Position numbers and translations under genes: made by a program. Under the pieces are notes generated by a model. That model saw nothing but the letters and a program-made list of their open reading frames with translations. It ran no database searches and was not told the DNA's origin. A stretch of DNA of 64,000 bases from Lytechinus pictus (lineage: Eukaryota). The stretch lies in NCBI RefSeq assembly GCF_037042905.1, contig NC_087245.1, positions 37,884,001 through 37,948,000 on the forward strand, in the 5' to 3' direction. Position 1 is the stretch's first letter; each line of letters opens with the position of its first letter. Shown in pieces: positions 25,801 to 39,560 of this stretch.

Positions 25801-28800
25801 ACCAGAAATTATTGTTCCTATTAAAAACTTTATGTAATGAGATATTGCCATAACTATTGATTCTTGCATAAATGAATTCATACAAAATAATGCAAAACAA
25901 TTTGATAAAATCTAACTCGAACTTTCATGCTAATTTTGGTGCCGAGATCATGGGTGGTGTAGTAACAAGTCCAGATATAGCGCAGTTCTTTTGTGGTCAA
26001 GATAAGAGAAAAGTGTCTGTGTAGTCTTTGTAAGTGTGTATATATTCTACACCTTATTACAGCCTGGCATATTCAGTTTGCATGATAGAGCATTTAAAGG
26101 CAACTCTACCAGAAGGGATAACAATGCATGTGGCTTACGACATAGCTTGTCAGCTTACTGCACATCTCAAGGTGATTGATTTTTTGTTTAAGTCTTTCTT
26201 TTTAGTATTATTATTATTAGTAGTAGTAGTAGTAGTAGTAGTAGTAATTCATTGTTGTATGTTCTATTCCCTTATAGTCAGAAAACCTGACTGAAGTATC
26301 AAATTTGACTTTGAACACTCCATGCCATTATTGTATATGAATCCATTTATCACGAATTGCAATTACTGTTTTTGCAGTTTTTATTGTACGTCTGCCATTA
26401 GAGCTGGTGCTAGAGGCAATGTATTTACACCTGTACATCCTTTTCTTTGTTGTATTTATCACTTTAAGAGGACTATCTGATTAGATTTTAGAGAATGCAG
26501 GTTAATGAGGTTAACTCATGAAAGTTCAGCTACATTTGTCTGCTGCCAAACCTTGATATTGGGGATTGAGTATTGGAGTGTCATAGTTTTTTGGGGGTAT
26601 TCTTTACTGATTTTAACTGGTTAGACCTTCTTGTTGAGGATTCTACATGCTGGAGTTCTGTCAGCATTGAACAATTTGAGATATACATGACCGGCAGCGT
26701 TAACTCACTTTAGCATACCTAGAATTTCAATAATTGGAATATAATGGTTTTATGGTCAAATATCATTTAGGGTCAATGAACGTAGTATTGTATCATTATA
26801 TGAATGGTGATTATTTTTGTGGATAATTATTTTATAGTAGTTTTCAAAGTCAGCACTGCTGCTATATTGAATCGCATATTGCAGGTCAGACTGCCAGTGC
26901 CACAGGCACTCCACTTGTTTATTTTAATATTTCTTTTTATCACATAGAAAACTGGGCAAGCTAAACTGCTAGAGGAGATCAAACTTGTTCTACCAGCATT
27001 TCATGCATATGGTCACAAGGCATCCTGTCAGGTAATACCAATTCTAACCAATTCTCATCCATGATTTAGCTGCCCCTCCCCCGCAATTTTGTTTGTGTCC
27101 AGACTACTTTCTCAAAAGTCTAATGCATCTTTTGAGATCAACTTGCAACCTCATGTAGCTGGTTACACAATATTTTGTACCCATGCATCATATAAATTCA
27201 ACATTGCTCCACAACCTTAACTCCTGTATAATAAATACTAATTGTGTTTTTAGTTGAAATTTACAACTCTGAATATTGTTATTTTTATTAATGACATTCA
27301 TTTAATTGGATGTTATTTACGATGATGGATACAGTTTCACTAATGGGTTTCCATGATAAAAAAATGATGAAAATAAGGAGAATGAAAAGATAATACATTT
27401 GCAATTGATTTCAATACTAGAAACTTATAGTTCTCATGATGATACTATAGTGAATATTTAGACCAAAAATAATAATTGATCTTATTGTAGTTATTTTACG
27501 CAGAAATATGAACATAAAAGTTGGAAAAATATTCTTTGATTAAAACTAGACACAGGTTTTAATTATATTCAATTGGATTATTATGCTTAAGCTTTACTTA
27601 AAGGGGATATTTGCCCGGAAGTGAAGTTGCATTGAATAAAAGTAAGATAAAAAACCCAAAGATATATATTGGTGAATAATTGGGGAACATCTGTCAAAGG
27701 ATAACCAAGTTGAATATTGCATTTAATTTATTTTATTTTATAATGAGCATTTCCCATACATCGTGTGTGTTTAATTCCATATATTTCCATAATCCCAGAA
27801 CATTGAAACTGGTTTTCCTTCTACATTCATTACATCATCAGACACCTCATTTCATAGCAGTTTCTATATAAGAAAAAAAACTTTAGTCATCCATAATCAT
27901 CGAAAATTTGGAATTTATGGAAATGATGTGATATAATGTATTGGGTATCGGCTTACAAATATGTTATATATTATATGACATCACGAATTATGTTTTAAAA
28001 TAAAAAAGTCTCTTCAACTTTGGTGGACTTTTTGTCGAATCTTCACCAATATACTTCTCAATTATTATGCTTTTGTTTAAACCAATTTATTTTCAGGGTA
28101 AGCTTCACCTTTAAGTTTGGAGGTGTATCAAAGCCAACCCCATCCTCTGCTGATGTAATGATTTTAAGTATTATGTGCTAAAAATGATGGTGGATGGGTG
28201 TGCCATGGAGGATGTGATGTTTGCTGTGTGTGTGTGTGTGGGGGGGGGATAATCCTTTGCCCTATTATGTTTTTATTTTCATGGCAGAAATAGCTTTTGA
28301 ATTTAGATTTATTTGTAATGAGATTTTCTTAATATCCTTTTTTGTTGTACCTTTTCTTATAGAGGGAATTCAATGTCCGGAATACAAAAGACATGGGCCT
28401 TACAGATGGTGAAGCAACAGAAAGACTCTGGGCATATTTGAGACGATTCTCGGCAATTACTAAAGAGATGACTCCAATAGGAAGACAAGACAAGTTGACA
28501 AGTGCCCTGCTGCACTTTGCTTATCGAAAGCAAAGGCAAATCGGTAATTTTTTTTTTATTATGCACATTACAATGGAACCTGTCAGTCCAATGTGTATAT
28601 CATAGCACAACTTAATGACATCAAAACTTTTTTTGGTCTACTTATGTTTATGATTGCCCAAATGTTTTTTCTGGCTATTTAATTTTATTATTTTGAAAAT
28701 ATTGAGGAACACAATGGGATTGGAAATACAGACAAGTTTGTGATATTACAATAAATTGTTAAAACTGATTTCGGTGTATGTTAAAAAATATTAATGGAAC

Positions 28801-31800
28801 TATAATTTTTTTTTTAATAGTAACCAAAGTGAAATCCTTCCTGGAGTACAAGTATCTTCATTTCTGTAGTTTTGTTTTGGTCTACTTTGTTAATTTTCAA
28901 AAAAAAAGAGAGGAATAAGATAATGGCATCAAAATGTATGATCTCTGATACTTGGGAGGCTGCCTTTTAACCCTTTCCAAATATACTTTGCACCAATGCA
29001 CACTTTTTTAAAGTGTGATGTGGAATATGCATATGAAAATGGATAAATCATTATTTTGCTTTTAGTATAATGCAGGTAAGCTGCGTTGGAGTATGTATTC
29101 CTTGCCTTATCTGAAATAGCATTAAATAGTTAACGTGTCCATCATTGTAGTTATTGGAAGTACAATTTCTATATCCTCTATAATTAATACCCATAAATTT
29201 GAACACATTTGCAACCTGGGATGGTAGTGGATACTATACTTAGATATTTTACTTTTAAAAGCAAGTGTAATTTAGTTCTAAATTCTTGGCTGAAATACTC
29301 TGCTAAGGTATCTACTAATTTGAATACTTCAGCGTTTACTTCAGCAAATTAAATTTAAGTCAAATTCTCACAGAGATTTGGATTGATGTCACATTATCTA
29401 ATAATGTGCAATTTTTGTGTCAACCAAATGCTCAGCTCAGGATGTACAAAAATCTTTACGTGCCAACAAGATTTTTGAATTATTTGGTTTAGTTTGCTCG
29501 AGAGGCCACTTAACCCTAATTATCCCGGGGGGGGGGGGCCATTATGGCCCCCCCCCCCGACAATTTTTGTGATATATCTGCTGCGCAAATTTTTTTGACC
29601 TCGCCGCTCACTGACTTTTTACTTTCAAGTCTCGCGCAAATTTTGAGACCAAATTTGTGACGCCCGGGTACGCGGTTACGACATTACGCAACATTATGTA
29701 AGTGCATGTCAGACCCAAAATTGCTCATAAACGTGATTTCATGTACAAATCCAATGCAAATTGTGTATTTGGCCAAAATTCGTAAATGTATCATTATTTC
29801 TACTTTTAATGATCAAACTTAATTAATTTTGCCTTGTTTAAGATTAGAATTAAGTCTGAAACGATTTCCATTTAAAAAACAATAAAAAACAAAAAGTAAA
29901 AAAACAAAGAAATACATAAGAAATTTAAAAAACAATAAAATACATAAGAAATCGGTCTTGGTACCAGAATTTTTTTCATTCACAATTGTTAGGAATGCTA
30001 TAAAGAATATTTTCACCAAAAAATAGCATTCTAGGAGCTTTATTTAGTGAATCAGAGCAAAAAGTATGATTTCATGAATAATTTAACATAATTAATTCAT
30101 ATAAAATAAAAATATATGAATTCAGTGAAATTTACCAATGCAACTGCGTAGATTACGTCATTCTCTACCATCATGCAAATTTTTGTTGTGATCGCGCAAT
30201 CCACGGCTGAGATCTTCCCCCCCCCCCCCCCCCCCGGGAATGACAAGAATCAGAATACCCCGGGAGATTGAGGGTTAAATTCAAGGTAAAATACTTAGTT
30301 GAATTCATGAAGTGAATGCCACAAATTCCATTGGCAACATCCTATCCTTACCAGTGTTTCATGGCAGACTCTGAGAAGTTGCGGGACATCATATATTTAT
30401 TCCCTGAACAAAAATATTTTGGTGAAATCTTGCAAACTAACACTTGAGAAAACAAAACTAACAGAACAAACAAGTTTTTACTCAGTACTGGATTTCCCAT
30501 ACTAGTAAATGAAATAGTTATGAAATGTGTAAACATATAATTAACATAAGTGATGAAGTAAAGTTTTTTTTTTTCAGAAATAGAAAAGTGTGAATATTGG
30601 TTTTTACTGTGCCTTTAAATTTGAGCAAAACTTACATGAATTAACCTTTCCCATAAAAATCTTGTGTGGTCTTATTTATCCTGTAGCTACAGGTCTGTGC
30701 ACAGTATTGAAGAGGGCAAAGGAAACTCATGAGAAGTGTCAAAAGGAGTTCCTGGATCTCGGCATTGAATGTAAGAGGACTTGACCCTATGCAAGATTGA
30801 GTTTCAAAGAACTGTGTACCGTATTTGTTATTGTATGTGCACCTAGTCCACAAGAAATTCATTGCACTTTAGCCCACAGTTGACAAAGAATTCAAACAAA
30901 GTCACATTATGAACTATTCATTTCAGTGTGGTCGACAGCCAATTCTTGACTACAAGGGCAAGGGGGGGTAAACTGGGTGCACGTCTACCCACTCGTTGAG
31001 GCAGAGGAGTTCTGACACTGGCGAAATTTGTACCCCTTCTGCTTTCAACATCTGATTTTCAAAACTTTAGTTCCACCTCCCTAGGATGTGCACCTCCCGA
31101 TGCTCAAACTAGCCTACGCCTTTGATGCAAATTAAAAATAGCCCAAGCTGATTCGATCTGGAAATTATTTCTGTATATAAGAAAAGCAAAATTATGATCA
31201 TTCGTACATGTAGATGTTATCAATCACAGATGATTTTTCTATGATGGAGAGATCATGTTTTCTGGTTGTCTGTCTATCCCTTTTTTGTTCTTGACCGTTT
31301 GACTGATCAACTTCAAGTTTGGATCAAGTATGTGAGAATAATCTGATTAAAAATAGGGGATCTGGGTCGAATGTGAAAGGTGACAGATGTCATTACATAC
31401 CTAAAAATAACTCTTTCGTTCAATAACTGAAGAACTGTTTAGGGTATCAGGCATAGTGCATGTATGCTTATTGGAAAGGCAATGATCTATAATCTGATCA
31501 GAGGGGGGGGGGGAATTCTTGCGCACCTTCTGAGACCTGGTATATGATTTTGAAGTGACGCATAATTTATTGTCCCATGTCGGACCATTTGTAATAGGTC
31601 CATGGTCGGACCAACAATTGTTGTGTAGCAGATTTTTACATAGGGCTCTACAGAACTTTGTTGTAATTATATATTCCATATTTTCATTAAAAAAAATCAT
31701 AATTTGGAGTACAAATAGATAGGAGGGATCTCACCGATTTCAATGGAATTTTGTGGACCAAGATCTTAGGGTAATAATAATTACTTCTTATTATGTGCTT

Positions 31801-34800
31801 TTTCAAAAGTTATAAAGTGCTGTACAAATTACAAAGCAAGTACAATCAGTAAAACCTTAAATAATACTACACAAAATGAAACACTACTTGCAATATGTTA
31901 AAACAAATAAGATTTAAGCATCTTAAACACATCAATAGAAGGAAATTGTCTAAGTTAATGGGGTAATCTAAGCCCCATCTCCCCCCTCCCCAGAATCAGG
32001 GAGGTGCTCAAAAAGCTCAGTCAAGTAAAGGTTCATTAGTAAAACTTTATTTGCCTCATTTTATATAGATGGGATCACTGAGAATGATGTTGAGCAATGG
32101 CTAGAGACCAGAGTAGCTGAGGAAAGACAGACACTCAACATAAGCAACACTGGTGAGTTTGTAGATAATGAAGATGTGTGATCTGATTTAACCCTAGAAT
32201 CAGGTAGAACTTAATGAGATGCTGGTATACCAAACTTCTACACAGGTTTTTTAAATTTTGTTGTGTCAGTAAAAATGGTGTATTCATTTGTACAGGCCAT
32301 TCCTTGCTATTTGTGTACACCATTTTCTACTTCCAACATTTTCACATTTTTTTGTATGTGTGTGTGTGTGTTATATTATATGTTTGTTTTTACATTTTTG
32401 TTTAGTAACATGGTTTAACACCAGTACTGGTTTAATATGACCAGCAAAATTTTTCCTTTATGTTTTCTGGAAAAGCTCAAAAGGGTACACATAACTCAGA
32501 AATTCTAAAATTTGTTGTGTAAATTATCTATGTGAAATTTTCAGGGGGGGGGGGGAGGTTCGCTACTTCCATTGACAAATGGGTACCATGCATGAACATG
32601 GGGTTTCGAAAAGTACCCACAACAAGTATTTTCCATATTCTGAAAATGCACCCCTTACAAGTATTGGCATATGAAACCCTATCCTTAGCAAGTATTGGAA
32701 ACAAAACGATACCCTCGGCAAGTATTCCCCGAATCCAACCCCTAAACAAGCACAATGATATCTTAATTGTTATGTCACGGACGTCAGCCTTACCTTTACT
32801 TTCATTGCATTTTGTACCACCCCACACACCTTGCTCTAATTGGACCCTAAATAAGCATGTATTGTTGAGGCAAAAGTATATCCTTTATAAAGTATTTTTA
32901 AACCCTTGCAAATTGGACCGTAAACACGTTTTCCCTACCGAAATATATACCCTTTTTTCATTATTTTAGTGTTATTGACACACTATGGTAACATGCCCTA
33001 TCTTGAAAAAGAGATCCTTTTTACATGTTTTTTGGTCACGCATAATATCCACTCTTCAATGGAAGTGCCCCCTCCCCTGGAAATTATATGGTTATTATTA
33101 TGGGATTCTACTTTTCTAGAGTGCTAGTGTTTGAATTGGCTTAAGTAATTTACTTTTAATAATTGTATGAAATTCAAATTTCTCATTTTTCTCTTATTCA
33201 TCACAAAGATCACAAAAAGTGGCAGCATGGCTATTGTGAGAAAGTTGCCCATTATGAGGATACAAGGTATGTACCAGGCAGCATCACCCTTTATGTGCTT
33301 TAAAATTGAAATAAAGCCCTATTTTTGCATGCTTTCAAGGACAATTTTTACAAATCTACCCACCCCCTTCTTGGGTTGAAAGACAAGGCAAAATCTAATT
33401 CAAAATATGCCCTTTTCTTACCTACTCAAGAGATGTTTAAAAAATAAAAATAAAATGCACATGGAAACATTTAAAGGGGAAGTTTGCCCTGAATAAAAGT
33501 CTATTGAACAGTGCGTATCAAAAAAGTTTACACTTAGAAAAAATCCTGTAAAATTATACATTTGAAATATCCTGAAGATATTTCCACATTTAAACATTGG
33601 TACAGATCCATTGAAGCAAATGACATATAACTGTATAAAAATATTTCCGTTTGAGTGAACACCACTTACTATTGGAAAGTTAGTGAAAAATGATTTGCGC
33701 AGAACTTTGAAAGAGTTATGCGAATAAAAGTAGACCTTAATCATAAAGAACACGTGGCATTTAGCTAGTAAAATTGATTTCAAGATATCTTTTACCTTTC
33801 TTAACTTGTTTCCTTGCCCAAAGCTTTTCAAAGAGTGCATTGCGCCCCACCCCACTCCACACACAGAGGCCATCGTGACGATATTTGCTTTACACTGAGC
33901 TGTGATTTACATGAAATGGCTTAGGCTTGATTATCATTTTGTTAATCATTGTCAAGCTTGGGAAAAGTGTGGAGAAACAAGTATTAAATGAAAAATGATA
34001 TTTAAACCCACTTTAAATGATAAAAACTTTTCGAAAACATGCTGGAGATGTCTGATATAAACTTTTGTTCGGATCCAGTTATGTCCTCGGATCCATCTGG
34101 AACAAAATGGGTAAAGGATGTGATTACCAAGTGTTGAAATTTCAATTTGGGTGGCAAAATCGTTACAAAATGCAGGGTAAGTTTGATTTTGCCCTTTCCC
34201 CTTGACACAACGAGAAAACAAGCATTTCTGCGCAAACTGATTTCTGCGAGCTTTACAAAAATGGACAGTGCTCACTCAAGTGTAACATTCTGTCAAAACT
34301 TTTACTTTCATTGGATAGATGAGACCCAAACCAAAGATCATATGTGAAAAAATTACCCACATGTTGTATATTTTTTTATTCCCAGGGCTTTTTCAAAGTT
34401 TAAACTCTTTTTGATACGCACTGTATAAATAGCAGAAAATATAAAAAATGTTGGTGAATGTTTGAGGAAAATCCAATAAAGATTAAGAAAGTAGTTAAAA
34501 CTTAAAGTTTTGGATTTGTGACATCATAAACGAGCAGCTCCCGTATATGTTATAAAGTGCATTTATTTCATTTTTTTAATAGTTTGTGACAATTTACTTT
34601 GGGTATCTTTTTCAATAGAACGGGGGGCCGTTTCATAAAGCTGTTCGTAAGTTAGGAGCGACTTTAAGAACGACTGGTGATCCTTTCTTGCGCGCTAAAT
34701 CATCGCCAATCATGCAATGGTGTGTACCATTTACTACAAGAAAGGATCACCAGTCGTTCTTAAAATCGCTCTTAACTTACGAACAGCTTTATGAAACACC

Positions 34801-37800
34801 CGCCTGGTGTGAAATGATTTGTCTATTGATATACCGAATGTACAGTAAAAACTATTTTCAATTTTTTATGAAAATGAAAATAAATCTTTTTTACATTCGA
34901 TTTTTAGAAAATCTTCTTGCATACGACGTCCCATATCAAATAGGGCCTACTAATAATTTAAATTCTAATAATTCTTCCTAGAATGACCGGTGAATCTTTC
35001 TTGTGGTAAATGGTATACACCAAAAAGTTCAATGGTGATGTTTTAGGGCATAAGAAAGGACCACCAGTCATTCTTAACCCTATCCAAGCAATTATACAGT
35101 TTTGTAGATTATGTCCCAGACAACCTGCCTGCCGATATTCGGCGCGGTTACTGGCCGAGATCTCAAGGGAGGAACCCCCCGGCCATATGAACTCCCAAAA
35201 TACCCCGGCCTAGATAGGGTTAAAAGTCAATCTTAAAAACTGTCGAACAGCTTTATGAAACACCTCCAGCACTCTGCACCAAAGTCAAGTTTATATAATG
35301 TATAGTAGCCTCATCTTCACAAGTGTCAACTTGCAACTTTGCATTTATAATTTACTATCCTTGTACTGTACATCTCAAAATACCCCGGCCTAGATAGGGT
35401 TAAAAGTCAATCTTAAAAACTGTCGAACAGCTTTATGAAACACCTCCAGCACTCTGCACCAAAGTCAAGTTTATATAATGTATAGTAGCCTCATCTTCAC
35501 AAGTGTCAACTTGCAACTTTGCATTTATAATTTACTATCCTTGTACTGTACATCTCCTGCATGCTGAATCATTGTTTCTACTAGAAAGAAATTTTTCATA
35601 ATTTTTACAAATCGGGTTCAATGAAAGTTTATGGTATAGTACCATCTAAATCATTTCCTTGGGTTGAAAAATTGGTTTGTGGGGCAATAATACACACTCC
35701 AAGCCTCATTATCTCGACTAAGTCGTTTATAATTCATTATATGGAAAAGATTGTGCCATCAATATGAGATAAGCACACCATCAATAGACAATTCTTACAG
35801 AAAAGATTAAAATGTAGGTGATGGAAACTTCAACCTACTCCCAGGCGTCAAATGAAACTCGCTGACCAGAGCCCTTGCTGGCTAAAATGATGTCATCTGA
35901 AAACCTCAACTAAGTTTAATAACTTTTCATGAATGAATATGCAATGCTACGTACACTGGATGAATATACAAAAGATGAAAATGAATGAATAAATGATTGG
36001 TGATTTGATGGAAATGCATCACATTTGATTGTTTTGATTGCAATTCTACAGATGTGATATGGCGAATGCCAAAACAGATGAGGCTGCCCGAGACTTGAGG
36101 CAAGAACTAGCAAGGTAAGAAGCATGTAATATATATATATATAGAGAGAGAGAGAAAGACTAGTAAAAATCATTGTGGACTGTTGTTATTCAATGCCACA
36201 CACATGTAAGTACATAAAAACCTATTTTAGTGGTGTATTTTACAGTGAGAACATGAAAGCTTAACATACAATAGTGTTCAGATTGTACTATTGCACACAA
36301 TTAAAAACCAATGAAAATTCCTGCGTAACATACCATTATGCTTATGAATCATTGTGTTACGCTGACTTTACCTTTATGCTACATTCCTTCCAGGCATTTA
36401 CATTTTATTTCACCAGATATCATGAATGGCATATCACATGTTCTCATACACATGCCTTAATATACCATGTGGACATTGCAGACTATTTCATTCCCATGCC
36501 ATCTTTTTCTTGCTACCAGTACTAGGTCCCAGCTTTGAAAAAAATATTCAAAACAATACAGATCAAATAGATAAAAGACCACCGCACACCTTACGACCTG
36601 ACTTTTCTACAACACAGCTTTTGTCAGCTTGACAGTCGCAGACCGGTCAGAGTCAAATCGCAAGGAAAATTGTAAAGAATTGACATGTTGAATCCTTACA
36701 CATGGATCGCTAGCTCAATTTCCAGCCAATCGGACAGCAGAGTCGCACTAAAATACCGACGTATATATGATATGCAACGCACATACGCAGTACTATTAAA
36801 GCGTCATTATCTCTGTTGCAATGGCAAAAAGCGCATGCGTGAGTCGCAGAGTAACATAGTCGGATTGCAAAGTGTTTGGTGTTGAGGCTTATGAATACCT
36901 TGCGATTCATTTTCCTTCACTCAGTTGCAGACCAGTCGTAGACCAGTCGGGTCGTAAAGTGTGTGGTGGTCTAAGAAGTACAGTCTAATGTGAATACAGA
37001 GATAATGTATGTCTGGAAATCACTCAATAAAAGATAATTGTTCTGAAGTATTTTGGGCATTTCAAAACATTTATTTTTATTCTTAGATAAGTAATTTATA
37101 GCTTACATCTATCAATCTTGTTATGATCCTACTTCTCTTGCAAATATCAAAGCTGTGAGTTAAAAAAAAATAAAACATTTGATGTAATACATGTAGAATT
37201 GACACTCGGCTGTTGAAAATGGAGAGGAAACATGGTGTCCCAAAGCGATGGACGACCAGTGATTCAATCTATGTAGAGTTCATCACAGAGGTCCATAATG
37301 AAGAAAGAAAGAGACTGCTAATTGAGACAAGACGCCAGGCCATGGACAAGATATACCTCGGAGAACTGATGAGGAAATATGGTCGTAAGTTTTTTTTTAT
37401 TTTGACCCTAAAAACGATGGTAGTAGGCATCTTTTGAGATCAAATTTAAGATGCCCAGGTATGATTTTAAAATTGTGCAACATTGCATTAGTGCATGCTC
37501 CAAAATGTGATTTTGTATACAAGGTCAACATAAATTGAGATATTTCATCTTATTATTGAAGATATGATTATTTTTACCTTCATCAGCTGAAATTAATTTA
37601 TCTTAGGATAGTTATGCTTCAAAAAGGTTCTACTATAAATTTGGTTAAAAAACAAAAAAAACAAAAGGTCCAAGAACCGAAATACATAAGGAATTCATAA
37701 AACATTAAAATAAATGAGAAATTGATTGATAAGACTTGAAAGGATAGAAGTTGCTGAACGGCGCCATCAACAACTCTCCGCCAGAATGGTCACAAAAAAT

Positions 37801-38858
37801 GTCAAGATGGCTAGATTCAACCTTCCCCCAAGGTGTTTAAGGATTAGTACTGATTTTCATTCTGTACCTATGCAACCTTCTGACTAATTCAGCATTCCTA
37901 CTGTTCCTTTTATTGTGAAGGTGGACAAGCAATTGCCAATAGGCTCAAACGACAAAGTTGGAAGGTGAATACCCAGATGAAAGAGAAACTGAAAAAATAC
38001 AACCAGAAGTGGAATAAGCGAGGCTTCTCCTTGTCATTTGAGCAGGTAGCCCAACCAGACGATGCTATTTATAATCAGCACCTGCTTCCTGCCTGTGAGG
38101 TAGTAAATCAAAATCTTTAATTCCATGTTTCCTTAAAACTTCTTAATTTTAGGTATTACATCTACATATTGTCTACCTATCTAATCATTGGTCTGTTGAG
38201 GAGTGTCAGAACTTTGATGTCTATGCTTCCTCAATTTTTTTTCCCAAATAATGCAAACACAAGAATCCAATGGTCCCTTTGGATCAATTACTGTATGAGA
38301 CATATTTTAATTTATGTTTCTGTTTTCAACACTTATTTACTTTTCTTATGTGATTGGTTATAAAGGAAATGTCATTCCAGTTATAGAAGTAATTTAAAAA
38401 AGTTCCTTTGATGCTATAGAAAAGGTCATTGTAAGGCTATATACTGTGTGCCGGAAGTTGACCTGCGTTTCAGAATTATGTGCAGAGAACCTCCTTTCAA
38501 TGGTTTAAATTTCATTGTGTTGATGACCAGTATAGCCTCATTATTATCAAATATAAGATTTTTTATTTTTTGTTTGATTGATCAGAAACCGGGAATTCCA
38601 ACAGTCGTGTTTGAGAGAGCGGATTCTTTGCTGAAAAGAATACAGCGGAGTTATGAGGAGGTCAACCTGACAAAGCTGGAGATGAAGCATATGATCATGT
38701 GGCAAGACCAGCAAGAACAGCTCCTCCTAGACAGGATTGGAAACTTGTGTCTCACAGATAAATATGACATGGGTCTGTCAATAATCTTGTGGGGCAAGGT
38801 AAAGGAAATTAGAGAAAGGACATCTTCTTGCCGAGCACTGTTCAGTGATTATCTTTAA
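16807..38858 (+). CDS. KDZ (Kyakuja-Dileera-Zisupton) transposase with N-terminal Cys/His (CxC-type) clusters, ~837 aa, 18 exons
   Basis: Phase-consistent GT-AG exons: 16807-16827, 19352-19527, 19846-20119, 21272-21362, 22321-22535, 22893-23018, 23708-23878, 24377-24513, 26063-26171, 26948-27031, 28363-28543, 30687-30770, 32069-32152, 33209-33266, 36052-36114, 37197-37384, 37921-38099, 38586-38858 (2514 nt, no internal stop). Motifs: CALC..CPDC..FCEEC..LH..H; CKCE..TLVRYSLWP; CPAC; CIDGCFGL (D1); GVFGAVCRHG; YDIAC (D2); PAFHAYGHKASCQ; GLTDGEATERLW (E). Exon 1 is the least certain. Confidence 0.9.
17363..18301. mobile_element. Kolobok-like non-autonomous element in transposase intron 1
   Basis: TTAA-GGACGTTCTACAGTTA ... 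TAACTGTGGAACGTCC-TTAA (TTAA TSD, purine-purine ends). Confidence 0.7.
20691..21213. mobile_element. MITE in a transposase intron
   Basis: Ends CCCAG(G)nCACTC / GAGTG(C)nAG; TAGTAGT on both flanks. Confidence 0.65.
29514..30274. mobile_element. piggyBac-like non-autonomous element
   Basis: TTAA-CCCTAATTATCCCGGGG ... CCCCGGGAGATTGAGGG-TTAA. Confidence 0.7.
32541..33080. mobile_element. MITE in a transposase intron
   Basis: Ends CAG(G)n..ACTTCCATTGA / TCAATGGAAGTGCCCCCTCCCCTG. Confidence 0.6.
33509..34423. mobile_element. Tc1/mariner-like MITE nested in a Kolobok-like remnant
   Basis: TIRs CAGTGCGTATCAAAAAAGTTTA / TAAACTCTTTTTGATACGCACTG followed by TA; interrupts a TTAAAGGGGAAGTT element starting at 33471. 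Confidence 0.7.
34621..34806. mobile_element. Near-palindromic MITE
   Basis: Arm GTTTCATAAAGCTGTTCGTAAGTT..GACTGGTGATCCTTTCTTG is mirrored by CAAGAAAGGATCACCAGTC..AACTTACGAACAGCTTTATGAAAC. Confidence 0.75.
35196..35555. repeat. Perfect 180-bp tandem duplication
   Basis: 35196-35375 is identical to 35376-35555. Confidence 0.9.
36576..36972. mobile_element. MITE with long imperfect TIRs (Harbinger-like)
   Basis: AGACCACCGCACACCTTACGACC..GACT / AGTCGGGTCGTAAAGTGTGTGGTGGTCT. Confidence 0.65.
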
Positions 38859-39369
38859 CCCGTTTTTTTTAATAGAATAAGGAAAATTGTTCCTTTAAAT
38901 ATTCTTCTTAAACTGCATAATATATTGACTATTGAAATATAGTATGGGGAGATTGTGCAAAGACATCACTCACTCACTTTTTTTTGTATTGTATTTTCTA
39001 ATTATTCTAATTTCCTCCTCGGTGTCCTGTGAAACAAAGTTTTATTCCTCCCTGAACATGCCGAATTACCATTGTTTTACATTTTATGGTTCAGTCAAGT
39101 TGGTTCTTATTGTAACATCAGTAAAAATTTAAATATTGTATAATTCAAAAAATGAAAAGCAAAAGAAAATGGTGAGTAGGGGAAATCATTGGCTTTCTCA
39201 TTTGCATATTGTAGCCGAACCGACTTTCTCTCCTGATGAGCTGGTTCGTTTCGGCTGCATTTTCGGACCCATGTCATATATATCTTTCAGACACAAGTTT
39301 CCGTCTTTTTCACTTCTGACTCTTTGCTCCTTCTCGGTAGCTTAGATTATATCTCATGGATTTCAACAT

Positions 39370-39560
39370 CTCCGTCATTCTGTATCTCCATTATCTCAGT
39401 TATTCCAGTATTCAGTGTCTCCGTAATTTCAGTATTTTGGTATCTCAGTAATTTCAGTATCCTCACTCATCTCAGTATCCTCAGTAATCTCAGTATTTTC
39501 AGTATATCGTCAAATTCAGTATTTTCCGTATATCAGTAAAGTCAGTGTTTTCACTCCTTC
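39370..39560. repeat. Degenerate ~9-bp tandem repeat (TCAGTA core) between the convergent genes
   Basis: Recurring TCAGTATTT / TCAGTAATC / TCAGTATCC units. Confidence 0.6.
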
